DNA from: Deltaproteobacteria bacterium
GTDB taxonomy: Bacteria > Myxococcota_A > UBA9160 > G020347605
Length of the DNA: 43,578 nt
Direction of reading: 5' to 3'
Assembly (NCBI GenBank): GCA_020347605.1
Contig: CP070734.1
Coordinates: 2,129,278-2,172,855 of the forward strand
Shown in pieces: positions 17,620-26,761 of this stretch. The notes below the pieces were generated by a model, which saw only the letters and a program-made list of their open reading frames with translations, was not told where the DNA came from and did not search any database. Position 1 is the stretch's first letter; every line of letters begins with the position of its first letter. Made by a program: the position numbers and the translations under genes.

Positions 17620-18552
17620 ATGGCGACCACGCCCGAGATCCCGGCGGCGCGCATGGAAGGCACCGTCGAGCTGTGTGACGGACGCGCGATCGGATTGGCC
17701 GAGTACGGCGTACCCGACGGGAACACGATCTTCTGGTTCCACGGCACGCCGGGCGGCCGCCGGCAGATCCCGCCGCTCGCGCGGCGCATCGCACTCGAGC
17801 GCGGCATCCGCTTGATCGGGATCGAACGCCCGGGCGCGGGCAGCTCCACGCCACATCTCCACGATTCGCTGCTCGCCTGGGCGGACGACATGCAGCAGAT
17901 CGCGGATCGGCTGAACGTCGATCGCTTCGGGCTCGTGGGCCTGTCGGGTGGGGGTCCCTACGTCTTGTCGTGCGCGCACGAGCTTCCGGACCGGGTCGTC
18001 GCCGGCGCCGTGCTGGGGGGCGTCGCCCCCTCGTGCGGCGACGAGGCGGTACCGGGAGGCGCGGTGGCGCTCGCGCGGCGACTCCGGCTCCCGCTGGGGG
18101 TCTTCCACGGCGGTCTGGGCCGGCTCGCCTGGGTGCTCACCTACTCCGCCCGGCCGCTCGCATCGCAGGCCTTCGACCTGTTCATCAGCACGATGCCGGA
18201 GGGGGACCAGGCCGTGATGTGGCGGCCGGAGATGAAGGCGATGTTCCTCGACGACATGCTCCGCGCCGGCCGGCGGCAGCTGCGCGCGCCGATCTACGAC
18301 ATGGTCCTGTTCAGCCGGCCCTGGGGCTTCTCGCTGCGCGACATCCGCGTGCCGATCCGCTTCTGGCACGGCGACGCGGACCACCTCGTTCCGCTGGCGC
18401 ACGGCGAACACCAGGCGCGGCTGGTGCCCGACTCCGATCTCAAGGTCCGGCCGCGCGAGGGCCACATGGGCAGCCTCGACGCCGCGGACGAGATCCTCGA
18501 GACCCTCCTCGGGCTCTGGCCGCGCCAGACCGCGCGCTCGCGGGTGGGCTGA
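17620..18552 (+). CDS. alpha/beta-fold hydrolase
   Basis: ATG 17620 is preceded by ggaggagga (17603-17611). The nucleophile elbow is GLSGGGP, and HGDADHLVP and EGHMG (His) are present. The upstream part of track ORF 16735-18552 is an out-of-frame read of the cyclase gene. Confidence 0.8.
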   Translation: MATTPEIPAARMEGTVELCDGRAIGLAEYGVPDGNTIFWFHGTPGGRRQIPPLARRIALERGIRLIGIERPGAGSSTPHLHDSLLAWADDMQQIADRLNVDRFGLVGLSGGGPYVLSCAHELPDRVVAGAVLGGVAPSCGDEAVPGGAVALARRLRLPLGVFHGGLGRLAWVLTYSARPLASQAFDLFISTMPEGDQAVMWRPEMKAMFLDDMLRAGRRQLRAPIYDMVLFSRPWGFSLRDIRVPIRFWHGDADHLVPLAHGEHQARLVPDSDLKVRPREGHMGSLDAADEILETLLGLWPRQTARSRVG

Positions 18553-18709
18553 CCGGCGCACCGCGCGGGCGACTCCGGGGCCGGGCGCGCCGAGCGGGAG
18601 AACCGCCTTGTGCCTCGCCGACACGCCGTGATAGCCTCGCGCTCCGCTTCGAACCTGCATCGACGCACGCGCCGGACCTCATCTCCGTGCGCGCTTCTGG
18701 GAGAACGAG

Positions 18710-19030
18710 ATGTCGAAGACTGCAGCCCTGCTCGCCGTGTTCCTGCTGACGCTCGGCGTGGGCGGGTGTGTCGCCGCGCCCGTCGTGCCGCCGCTCGGAA
18801 TGGTGTACTCCGATTTCGACGCGCCCCTCGGTCTCGGTGGTGGCGAGGTCGGCAGCCGACGCGGCGAATCGAGCGTGGTCGCGGTGCTCGGCCTGGTGTC
18901 GACGGGCGACGCGAGCGTCCGGGGCGCCGCGCGGGCCGGCGGCATCACCGAGGTGAAGCGCGTCGACTACGAGTTCTACAACTTCCTGGGCCTGTATCAG
19001 CGCTTCACGACCGTCGTCTACGGAGACTGA
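18710..19030 (+). CDS. TRL-like small lipoprotein (paralog 1)
   Basis: MSKTAALLAVFLLTLGVGGC has a lipobox. The C-terminal ...GDASVRGAARAGGITEVKRVDYEFYNFLGLYQRFTTVVYGD matches my recollection of the TRL-like family. Confidence 0.6.
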   Translation: MSKTAALLAVFLLTLGVGGCVAAPVVPPLGMVYSDFDAPLGLGGGEVGSRRGESSVVAVLGLVSTGDASVRGAARAGGITEVKRVDYEFYNFLGLYQRFTTVVYGD

Positions 19031-19034
19031 GTCG

Positions 19035-19436
19035 ATGCTCGCGCGCTCGATCGCTGCGCTGCTCGCGTCGATCCCGCTCCTCGGGTGTGTCGGCGCCGGC
19101 TCGCGGCCCGACATGGCCTACCGGATGGCCGCCAAGGTCCGCGCGCCCGTGATTCCGCCCCAGGGTCTGCTCTACAGCGACATCAAGGCGCCGGTCACCG
19201 CGGGCGGGACCGATTTCGGCACCCGGCGCGGCACCGCGACGTCGTTCCAGATCGGTCTGCCGCCGCTGCCGGTGGCGGGTCTCGCTTCGGGCCTCGACCT
19301 GTTCGCCTGGGGAGACGCGTCGTCGGAGGCGGCGGCCGCCGCCGGGGGAATCCAGCAGGTCGACCACGTCGACTACCGGCTCGAGGTGTTCCTCTTCGTC
19401 TACCGGCGCTTCACGACCGAGGTCTACGGCGACTGA
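19035..19436 (+). CDS. TRL-like small lipoprotein (paralog 2)
   Basis: It starts 4 nt after paralog 1. The lipobox is LLGC. The C-terminus GDASSEAAAAAGGIQQVDHVDYRLEVFLFVYRRFTTEVYGD parallels paralog 1. Confidence 0.6.
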   Translation: MLARSIAALLASIPLLGCVGAGSRPDMAYRMAAKVRAPVIPPQGLLYSDIKAPVTAGGTDFGTRRGTATSFQIGLPPLPVAGLASGLDLFAWGDASSEAAAAAGGIQQVDHVDYRLEVFLFVYRRFTTEVYGD

Positions 19437-20668
19437 CGCCCGAAGGCGCCCGCGGCCTCGAGGGCCGCGATCCGTTCCGCGTCGTAGCCGAGCACGTCGC
19501 GCATCACCTGCCGGGTGTGCTCCCCCACCGTCGGCGCCTTGCCGGGCACGGGCAGCGCTCCGTCCGAGAACTTCACCGGAAACGGAAGCATGTCGGCGCC
19601 GTGCTGCGGGTGCGGATAGAGCGGGAAGCGCGCCTGGAACTGGGGATCCCACGCGATGCTCTGCGGGGTGTTCACGGGCGCGACCGGAAAGTTCTTCTCG
19701 CCGCCGAGCCGGATCCACTCCGCCGAGGTCTTCTGTTTGAAGATGTCGCGCAACACGGCCTGCAGCTCGCGGTTGCCGCGCGCGTGGTCCGCGTACTTCG
19801 AGCCCGGCCAACGCTCGAACAGATCCATGCGCCCCACGCACTCGCAGAAGTTCTTCCAGAACGCCTGCTCCGACGCCATGAACAGCACGTGTCCATCGGC
19901 GGACTCGTAGATCTGGTAGCGAACGCCCTCCTTCATGCCCGCGGTACCGGGCGCGCGACGCACGTAGTCGTCGGCCTTGTTGCCCGTCACCTCGGACTCG
20001 GGACGCTCGTAGGCGAGCCAGCTCTCGATCCGATACCAGTCCATGTAGGCCGTCGAATCGGACTGCCCGATCTCCAGCGCACAGCCCTCGCCCGAATCGC
20101 GCGCCCGGATCACGGCCGCCAGGATGCCCATGGCGCCGAACATCGGTCCGGCGTGCATGCCGATCGAGGCGTGCTCCGGAATGAAGCAGTAGCCCTCTGC
20201 GTCGTACTCCGGCTTGACCACGCCGCCCCAGGTGTCGAACGCGATGCCGTGCGACGGCAGGTCCCGGTAGGGCCCGGTGGCGCCGTACCCCGAGATGTTG
20301 CAGAAGACCAGCTTCGGATTGAGCGTTCGCAGGTCTTCGTAGCCGAGCCCGCGTCGGCCGAGCGAGCCCGGCCGCATCGCCTCGATGACGACGTCGGCGC
20401 CCCGCGCCAGGTCGCGATAGACCTCGACGCCCTCGGGCGTGCGCAGATCGAGGGCGATGCTCTGCTTGCCGCGATGCACGTGCAGGTGCAGGAGCGAGAC
20501 CCCTTCGATGATCGGCCAGGTCATCTCCCGGATGTAGTCGCCGGACGGCGACTCCACCTTGATCACCTCGGCGCCGAGGTCCGCGAGGTGGGTTCCGATG
20601 GCACCGGGACCGAGCAGTGAGCTCTCGATCACGCGCAGGCTGGCGAGCGGCGGACGTGTGTGCGGCAT
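19424..20668 (-). CDS. family III CoA-transferase (CaiB/BaiF/Frc-type)
   Basis: LRVIESSLLGPGAIGTHLADLGAEVIKVESPSGDY, the NISGYGATGPY motif and a length of 414 aa fit the family. Confidence 0.85.
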   Translation of the reverse strand: MPHTRPPLASLRVIESSLLGPGAIGTHLADLGAEVIKVESPSGDYIREMTWPIIEGVSLLHLHVHRGKQSIALDLRTPEGVEVYRDLARGADVVIEAMRPGSLGRRGLGYEDLRTLNPKLVFCNISGYGATGPYRDLPSHGIAFDTWGGVVKPEYDAEGYCFIPEHASIGMHAGPMFGAMGILAAVIRARDSGEGCALEIGQSDSTAYMDWYRIESWLAYERPESEVTGNKADDYVRRAPGTAGMKEGVRYQIYESADGHVLFMASEQAFWKNFCECVGRMDLFERWPGSKYADHARGNRELQAVLRDIFKQKTSAEWIRLGGEKNFPVAPVNTPQSIAWDPQFQARFPLYPHPQHGADMLPFPVKFSDGALPVPGKAPTVGEHTRQVMRDVLGYDAERIAALEAAGAFGRQSP

Positions 20669-20731
20669 GTGCGCGATGATGCCTCTGGCGGCTTCCCGAT
20701 TCCAGCTCCGCGAAGACCGTGCACCGGCCGC

Positions 20732-21514
20732 TCAGGGATGCTGGCTGGAGACGGAGACGACCTCTCCGGTCATGTACGAGGAATAGTCGCTGGCCAGGAA
20801 CACCATCACGTTGGCGACCTCCCAGGGCGCCGCGCCGCGACCGAACGCCTCCCGCGCAGTCAGCTCGTCGAGCAGCTCGCGCGACATGACCTTGGTCAGG
20901 TACTTGTGCGTGGCGAGGCTGGGCGACACCGCGTTGACGCGCACGCCCGACTCGGCGGCTTCGACGGCGGCGCAGCGCGTGAACGCCATCACGCCGGCCT
21001 TGGCGGCCGCGTAGTGGGCCTGTCCGGCCTGTGCGCGCCAGCCGAGCACCGACGCGTTGTTGACGATCACGCCCGAGCCGCGCTCCATCATGTGGGGCAG
21101 AACGGCGCGCGTCATGCGAAAGGTCCCCGTCAGCGTGACGTCGATCACCGCGTACCACTGCTCGTCCGTCATGTCGACGATGGCGGTGGTGCCGCCCAGA
21201 CCCGCGTTGTTCATCAGGACGTCGATGTGGCCCAGCTCCGAGAGCGCCGCGCGCGCGAGCCCGCGCACGTCGTCTTCGACGGCGACGTTGCACGGATGAC
21301 TGGCGGGCCGCGTCCCGCACTCCCGCTCGAGCATTTCGACCGACTCGCCGAGGCGCCGCTCGTGGACGTCGCTCAGCATCACGGTCGCGCCCTCCTCCAG
21401 GCAGCGCTTGGCGACGGCGAATCCGATGCCGGTTCCGGCCGCGGCGGTCACCAGGACCGTCTTGCCCAGAAGCAGGTCGTGGCCCTCGACGTAGGGCGGA
21501 ATGGCCTTGCTCAT
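20732..21514 (-). CDS. SDR-family oxidoreductase
   Basis: The Gly-rich NAD(P) motif VTAAAGTGIGFA, NNAG, the catalytic Ser (NNASVLG) and YAAAKAG (YxxxK) are present. 260 aa. Confidence 0.9.
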   Translation of the reverse strand: MSKAIPPYVEGHDLLLGKTVLVTAAAGTGIGFAVAKRCLEEGATVMLSDVHERRLGESVEMLERECGTRPASHPCNVAVEDDVRGLARAALSELGHIDVLMNNAGLGGTTAIVDMTDEQWYAVIDVTLTGTFRMTRAVLPHMMERGSGVIVNNASVLGWRAQAGQAHYAAAKAGVMAFTRCAAVEAAESGVRVNAVSPSLATHKYLTKVMSRELLDELTAREAFGRGAAPWEVANVMVFLASDYSSYMTGEVVSVSSQHP

Positions 21515-21527
21515 CCGTCTCGTGTCC

Positions 21528-22724
21528 TCAGGCGGCCGGCGCAGGGCGCGGCTCGCGCGGCAGTCCCAGCGCGCGCTCGGCGATGATGTTGCGCTGGATC
21601 TCGTTCGAGCCGGCGTAGATCGTGTCGGATCGGCTGAACAGGAACAGCCGCTGCAGTCGGCTCAGGTCATAGGGCTCCCCGTCGGTGACCAGCGATCGCG
21701 CGCCGAGCACGTCCATCGCGAGCTTCCCCAGGTTGCGGTGCCAGGTCGCCCAGTAGAGCTTGGTGATCATCGCCTCGCGGCCGAGCTCCGCAGCCTCGGC
21801 GTGGCTCAGCGTCCGCAACGCGTGGTAGCGCTGGATCCGAAGGCCGATCCAGGCGTCCGCCAGGCGCTGTCGCACCACGGGGTGTCGGGCCGCGCCGTTG
21901 GCGCGCGCCGCGCCGATCACCTCGTCGAGCTCGTTCTGGAACAGCATCTGCTGACCCAGGGTGGACGCGCCGCGCTCGAATGCGAGCGTGCCCATCGCGA
22001 CCGCCCAGCCCCCGTTTTCTTCGCCGACGATGTTCTCGGCGGCGGTTCGCGCGCCGTTCATGAACACCTCGCTGAACTCCGAGTCGCCGGTCATCTGCAC
22101 GATGGGCCGGATCTCGATGGCCTCCTGGCGCATGGGCACGAGCAGGTACGAGATGCCCCGGTGCTTCGGCCGCGCCTCGGGATCCGTGCGGCAGAGCGCA
22201 AAGCACCAGTCGGACCAGGCCGCCAGCGACGTCCAGACCTTCTGACCCGTGATCACCCATTCGTCGCCCACGCGCTCGGCCTTCGTCTGGACGTTGGCGA
22301 GGTCGGAGCCCGCATTGGGCTCGGAGTACCCCTGGCACCAGAGCTCCTCGCCCCGGACGATCCCCGGCAGGAAGCGCCGCTTCTGCGCCTCGCTGCCGAA
22401 CGCGATGAGGGTCGGCCCGATCAGCCCTTCGCCGATGTGCCTGACGCGTCCCGGCCCGCCGGCGCGCGCGTACTCCTCGTAGTAGATCACCTGCTGGTTC
22501 AGGGAGAGCCCGCGACCGCCGTACGCCTCGGGCCACCCCACGCACGTCCAGCCCGCCGCGCCGAGCTTGCGCTCCCAGGCGCGCCGCTCCTCGAGGAATG
22601 CGTGCTCGTCGCCCGGACCGCCCCGCCCCCGAAGCTTGGCGAACTCGCCGCTCAGGTTGTCGGCGAGCCACTTCGCGATCTCGCGGCGGAAGCGCTCGTC
22701 TTCCTCGCTGAAGTGGATGTTCAC
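21528..22724 (-). CDS. acyl-CoA dehydrogenase
   Basis: GTG start. The sequence WPEAYGGRGLS..., LWCQGYSEPNAGSDLANVQTKAE, and C-terminal YAGSNEIQRNIIAERALGLP is the canonical ACAD (FadE-like) pattern. Confidence 0.9.
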   Translation of the reverse strand: MNIHFSEEDERFRREIAKWLADNLSGEFAKLRGRGGPGDEHAFLEERRAWERKLGAAGWTCVGWPEAYGGRGLSLNQQVIYYEEYARAGGPGRVRHIGEGLIGPTLIAFGSEAQKRRFLPGIVRGEELWCQGYSEPNAGSDLANVQTKAERVGDEWVITGQKVWTSLAAWSDWCFALCRTDPEARPKHRGISYLLVPMRQEAIEIRPIVQMTGDSEFSEVFMNGARTAAENIVGEENGGWAVAMGTLAFERGASTLGQQMLFQNELDEVIGAARANGAARHPVVRQRLADAWIGLRIQRYHALRTLSHAEAAELGREAMITKLYWATWHRNLGKLAMDVLGARSLVTDGEPYDLSRLQRLFLFSRSDTIYAGSNEIQRNIIAERALGLPREPRPAPAA

Positions 22725-22837
22725 CGGGCGCGCGGCCCCCCGAGATGCGGAATGCGCCGGTCATACTAGGATCTGGTGCGCGGTCCACGCAACACGGGCG
22801 ACCGCCTGCGGAATCGCCCGACGAGGGGAGCGGACGC

Positions 22838-24424
22838 GTGAAGCTGGCAGCCTCGCCCGAGCGGGAACGCACGATTCCCCGGCTCGTAGATGCCGCCGCC
22901 GAACGCTTCGGCGAGCGCAGCGCGATCGAAGACGGCGACGCGAAGCTCTCCTTCGCCGAGCTCCGCGACGCCGCGCGGCGGGCCGCGCGCGCCTTCTGCG
23001 CCGCCGGGATCCAGCCGGGCGACCGCGTCGCGATCTGGGCCCCGAACATCTTCGAGTGGATCCTGGCCTCGATCGGGCTGCAATCGGCGGGCGCCGTCCT
23101 CGTCACGCTCAACACCCGCTTCAAGGCCGCCGAGGCCGCCTACGTGCTGCGCAAGAGCGGCGCTCGCATCCTGTGTACGGTGGGCGGGTTCCTGGGTACC
23201 CGCTACGTGGACCTGATCGCCGGGGAAGAGCTGCCGGCGCTGGAGCGGATCGTCGCGCTGCGCGGCGAGGCCGAGGGCGCGGTGCCCTGGCCCGAGTTTC
23301 TGGCCGACGGCGAGTCGGTGTCCGAGGCCTCGGTCCGCCAGCGCGCGGACGCCGTGTCGCCCGAGGATCTGTCGGACCTGCTCTTCACATCGGGCACCAC
23401 GGGCAAGCCCAAGGGCGTCATGACCGCTCACGGGCAGAACTTGAAGGCGTTCGAGACCTGGACCGAGGTGGTGGGGCTCCGCGAGGGGGACCGCTACCTG
23501 ATCATCAACCCCTTCTTCCACGGCTTCGGTTACAAGGCCGGCTGGCTGTCGGCGATCATGCGCGGGGCCACCATCATCCCGCAGCCGGTGTTCGACGTGC
23601 CGGCCGTGCTCGAGCGCATCGGGCGCGAGCGGATCAGCGTCCTGCCGGGGCCCCCGGCGCTCTACCAGTCGATCCTGGCCCACCCCGACCGCGCCCGGTA
23701 CGACCTCTCGTGTCTGCGGCTTGCGGTGACCGGCGCAGCCGCCATTCCGGTGGAGCTGATCCACCGCATGCGCGACGAGCTGGGCTTCGACACCGTCATC
23801 ACCGGCTACGGCCTGACGGAGAGCTGCGGCGTGGTCAGCATGTGCCGCTACGACGACGACCCGGAGACGATCGCCAACACCTCGGGGCGGGCGATCCCCG
23901 ACGTCGAGGTGCGCTGCGTCGACCGCGACGGCAAGGAGGTTCCGCGCGGCCAACCCGGCGAAGTGGTCGTGCGCGGCTACAACCTCATGAAGGGCTACTT
24001 CGAGGAGGAGGCGGAGACCCGCCAGGCCATCGACGCCGACGGCTGGCTGCACACGGGCGACATCGCGGTGATGGACCCGCGCGGCTACCTGCGGATCACC
24101 GACCGCATCAAGGACATGTTCATCATGGGCGGCTTCAACTGCTACCCGGCCGAGATCGAGAACATCATGTTCGGGAGCGGACGCTTCGCACAGGTCGCGG
24201 TGATCGGCGTGCCGGACGCGCGCATGGGCGAGGTGGGCATGGCGTTCGTGGTGCCGGCGCCCGGGCAGGAGCTCACGCCCGACGGCGTGATCGCCTGGTG
24301 CCGCGAGAACATGGCCAACTACAAGGTCCCGCGCTTCGTGGAGATCGTCGATGCGCTGCCCACGACGGCCTCCGGAAAGGTCATGAAGTACGTGCTGCGC
24401 GAGCGCGCACGCGCCGCGCGCTGA
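22838..24424 (+). CDS. AMP-dependent acyl-CoA synthetase/ligase (FadD-type)
   Basis: The AMP-binding motif LLFTSGTTGKPKGVM, plus GYGLTES, WLHTGDIAVMDPRGYLRITDRIKD and SGKVMK are present. I prefer GTG 22838 because gaggggag lies upstream at 22823-22830. The track start ATG 22745 is in frame. Confidence 0.9.
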   Translation: MKLAASPERERTIPRLVDAAAERFGERSAIEDGDAKLSFAELRDAARRAARAFCAAGIQPGDRVAIWAPNIFEWILASIGLQSAGAVLVTLNTRFKAAEAAYVLRKSGARILCTVGGFLGTRYVDLIAGEELPALERIVALRGEAEGAVPWPEFLADGESVSEASVRQRADAVSPEDLSDLLFTSGTTGKPKGVMTAHGQNLKAFETWTEVVGLREGDRYLIINPFFHGFGYKAGWLSAIMRGATIIPQPVFDVPAVLERIGRERISVLPGPPALYQSILAHPDRARYDLSCLRLAVTGAAAIPVELIHRMRDELGFDTVITGYGLTESCGVVSMCRYDDDPETIANTSGRAIPDVEVRCVDRDGKEVPRGQPGEVVVRGYNLMKGYFEEEAETRQAIDADGWLHTGDIAVMDPRGYLRITDRIKDMFIMGGFNCYPAEIENIMFGSGRFAQVAVIGVPDARMGEVGMAFVVPAPGQELTPDGVIAWCRENMANYKVPRFVEIVDALPTTASGKVMKYVLRERARAAR

Positions 24425-24451
24425 TCCCCGCCACGACGCCCGCTCCACGTC

Positions 24452-24856
24452 TCACGGCTGCGCGGCGAGCCCCTTCAACACCAGCTGGTCGTAGGCCACG
24501 ATGCCCTTGATCTCCTGGCCGTCGATCACGGGCGCGGCGGAGATGCCGAAGCGCTGGAAGAGCCGCGCGCAGTAGCGGATGTCCATCTCCGGCTTCACGG
24601 ACAGCACCGGCTTCGACATGATCTCGTAGACGTTGGTGCGCTCGGGGGAGCGATTCTGCGCCAGCACCTGCTTGGCGATGTCCGCGACCAGCACGATGCC
24701 GAACTCGTCGTCCTCGTGGCGTTTGGCGACGATCAGGAAGCGGGCGTTCTTCGCCCGCATCGTCGCGAGCGCCTCCGCCACCGTCGCGACCCCGTCCACG
24801 ATGGCGAAGTCCAGCTCCATGACGTCGGACACTCGAACCAGACTCTTCTCCGTCAC
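24452..24856 (-). CDS. CBS-domain pair protein (stand-alone)
   Basis: 134 aa, consisting of two CBS repeats (VSDVME...VATVAEALATMRAKNARFLIV... and IMSKPVLSVKPEMDIRYCARLFQRFGISAAPVI). The GTG start overlaps the stop of the PII-like gene (GTGA). Confidence 0.85.
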   Translation of the reverse strand: MTEKSLVRVSDVMELDFAIVDGVATVAEALATMRAKNARFLIVAKRHEDDEFGIVLVADIAKQVLAQNRSPERTNVYEIMSKPVLSVKPEMDIRYCARLFQRFGISAAPVIDGQEIKGIVAYDQLVLKGLAAQP

Positions 24857-25206
24857 AGCTCCTCCTCCTCGAGGCTGGGCGTGATGCTCTCGACCTGATG
24901 CGTGACGCCCACGGCGTCCTCGACGTCGATCTGGAATGCTATGCCGGTGCCGGGCGTCGTGTCGAATTCGCCGGCTTCGCCGACCGTCTCCAGGATCTGG
25001 CGCGCGCGGTGCTCCTCGACGAGCAGCAGGACCATGTCCCGCTGCGTCTCCAGGCTCAACCCGAGGAAGGTCTTCTTCTCCTCGAGCCCTTCCCCGCGCG
25101 CGTTGGTGATGACGGTGCAGCCGGTGGCCCCGGCTTCACGGGCGGCTTTCGTGATGGTGTCCGTCTTGTGGTCGTCTGCGAAGACGACGATCAGCTTGAA
25201 CCGCAT
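24853..25206 (-). CDS. P-II (GlnB)-like signal-transduction protein, divergent
   Basis: 117 aa from ATG 25206: MRFKLIVVFADDHKTDTITKAAREAGATGCTVITNARGEG...MVLLLVEEHRARQILETVGEAG...GTGIAFQIDVEDAVG. This gives a beta-alpha-beta x2 pattern with the GxG(K)IF-like motif of PII. The upstream 175 codons of track ORF 24853-25731 are an out-of-frame read of the DUF1538 gene. Confidence 0.75.
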   Translation of the reverse strand: MRFKLIVVFADDHKTDTITKAAREAGATGCTVITNARGEGLEEKKTFLGLSLETQRDMVLLLVEEHRARQILETVGEAGEFDTTPGTGIAFQIDVEDAVGVTHQVESITPSLEEEEL

Positions 25207-26030
25207 GCTGGGTCTCCTCCAGAAGCGTTGGAATCTCCGGTCGGCGGTGCGTCGGCCGGGGTGTTGCGCGCGGCGTACCACGCCGATGCCTGTGCGTAGG
25301 CGAGGACGGAGATCATGGGAAACAGACTGGCGAAGGCGATGAGCCCGAACCCGTCGATCAATGGGCTGCGCCCCGGGACCGTCTCGGCCAGGCCCAACCC
25401 GAGCGCCGCCAGGATCGGCACGGTCACGGTGGAGGTCGTGACGCCGCCCGAGTCGTAGGCCAGCGGCACGATGAAGCGGGGCGCGAACAGCGTCTGCACG
25501 ACCACCACGACGTAGCCGATGGCGATCAGCTCGTGCAGGGGCGCACCGACGACGATGCGGAACACGCCCAGGGTCACGCCGATGGCCACGCCGACCGCGA
25601 CCGCGATCCGCAGGCCGTGGGCCTTGATGGCGCCGGCGGACAGCTCGTCGGCCTTGAGGGCCACCGCGATCAGCGCCGGCTCGGCGATCGTGGCGCTGAA
25701 GCCGATCGCGCCGGCGAATGCGTACACCCACACGTAGGCGCTGGGGTCGACGGACGCGACCGCCGCGGCGTTCGGCCCACCGCCGATGAACGCCGGGTCG
25801 GTCAGCTGGGCCGCCATGATCCGGCCCAGTGGAAAGAGCGCCTGATCGAGACCCAGCAGGAACAGCGTCAGACCCGCAATGGCGTAGGCGAACCCCACGA
25901 GGAGCCGCTTCGGGCTGGGCGGCGCCTGGCGCAACACGAAGAACTGGAACGTCACGAGGATCGTCGCGATCGGGAGGACGTCGCGCAGGGTCTCTCCCAG
26001 GACACCGAACGGCGCGGCCAACGGCAGCAT
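25191..26030 (-). CDS. DUF1538-family integral membrane protein (subunit 2)
   Basis: 279 aa from ATG 26030 ([33 protein letters not shown]...). It is a paralog of the upstream gene and shares [30 protein letters not shown] and [12 protein letters not shown]. Its start shares 1 nt with the upstream stop. Confidence 0.8.
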   Translation of the reverse strand: MLPLAAPFGVLGETLRDVLPIATILVTFQFFVLRQAPPSPKRLLVGFAYAIAGLTLFLLGLDQALFPLGRIMAAQLTDPAFIGGGPNAAAVASVDPSAYVWVYAFAGAIGFSATIAEPALIAVALKADELSAGAIKAHGLRIAVAVGVAIGVTLGVFRIVVGAPLHELIAIGYVVVVVQTLFAPRFIVPLAYDSGGVTTSTVTVPILAALGLGLAETVPGRSPLIDGFGLIAFASLFPMISVLAYAQASAWYAARNTPADAPPTGDSNASGGDPACGSS

Positions 26031-26761
26031 CAGATGAGCATCCCGTAGAGCAGCACGAAGAGGATCGGCGTGAGCGACGCGAACGCGATCAGCCCGAAGC
26101 CATCGGTGACGGGATTGCGCCCCTTGATGGACGACGCGAGACCGATACCGAGAGCGGTGACCAGAGGCACCGTGATGGTCGACGTGGTCACGCCGCCGGA
26201 ATCGTAGGCGATCCCCACGATCTCCGGGGGCGCCAACGCCGTCAAGACGACGACCAACAGATAGCCGGTGGCGATCATCGCGTGGATCGGCCAGCCCGTG
26301 AGGATGCGCCAGACGCCGATCACGATGGCCGTGCCGACGGAGAGCGCCACGGTGAACCGCAGACCGAGCGCATAACGCCCGCGCGCGAGCTCGGTGTCGG
26401 CGATGGCGCCGGCGCGGGCCGCGACCTCGGAGGCCTCGTTGGCGATGGCGATGAGCGCGGGCTCGGCCGCTGTGGTGCCGAACCCGAGCGCGAAGGAGAA
26501 CCCGACGAGCCACGCCAGCGAGCCCTTGCGGGCGAACGCGTGGGCCATGCTCTCTCCCAACGGGAACAGTCCGAGCTCGAGGCCGCGGACGAAGCAGGCC
26601 AGGCCCAGGATCACCAGGGCGAGGCCGGTCAGAAGCGCGCCGAATTCCGGTATCGGTTGCCGCAGGACGACCAGCTGGAAGACGCCGATCACCAGGATGA
26701 TGGGCGCGAGATCCTGGGCGCTGCGCGCGATCGGGCGAAACATCGATTTCAGCCAGGACAT
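26030..26761 (-). CDS. DUF1538-family integral membrane protein (subunit 1)
   Basis: 243 aa with multiple TM helices. The motifs [35 protein letters not shown] and [12 protein letters not shown] are present. Confidence 0.8.
   Translation of the reverse strand: MSWLKSMFRPIARSAQDLAPIILVIGVFQLVVLRQPIPEFGALLTGLALVILGLACFVRGLELGLFPLGESMAHAFARKGSLAWLVGFSFALGFGTTAAEPALIAIANEASEVAARAGAIADTELARGRYALGLRFTVALSVGTAIVIGVWRILTGWPIHAMIATGYLLVVVLTALAPPEIVGIAYDSGGVTTSTITVPLVTALGIGLASSIKGRNPVTDGFGLIAFASLTPILFVLLYGMLI

Noticed and set aside
11062-17891. Antisense ORFs 11062-12720 (-), 12732-15002 (-), 15198-17891 (-), and likewise 41225-43540 (-)
   Set aside because: Each is antisense to a gene with clear family motifs (GH-like/DUF2804, cyclase-STAND, MFS/threonine dehydratase). 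Their composition is typical of non-coding frames in GC-rich DNA.
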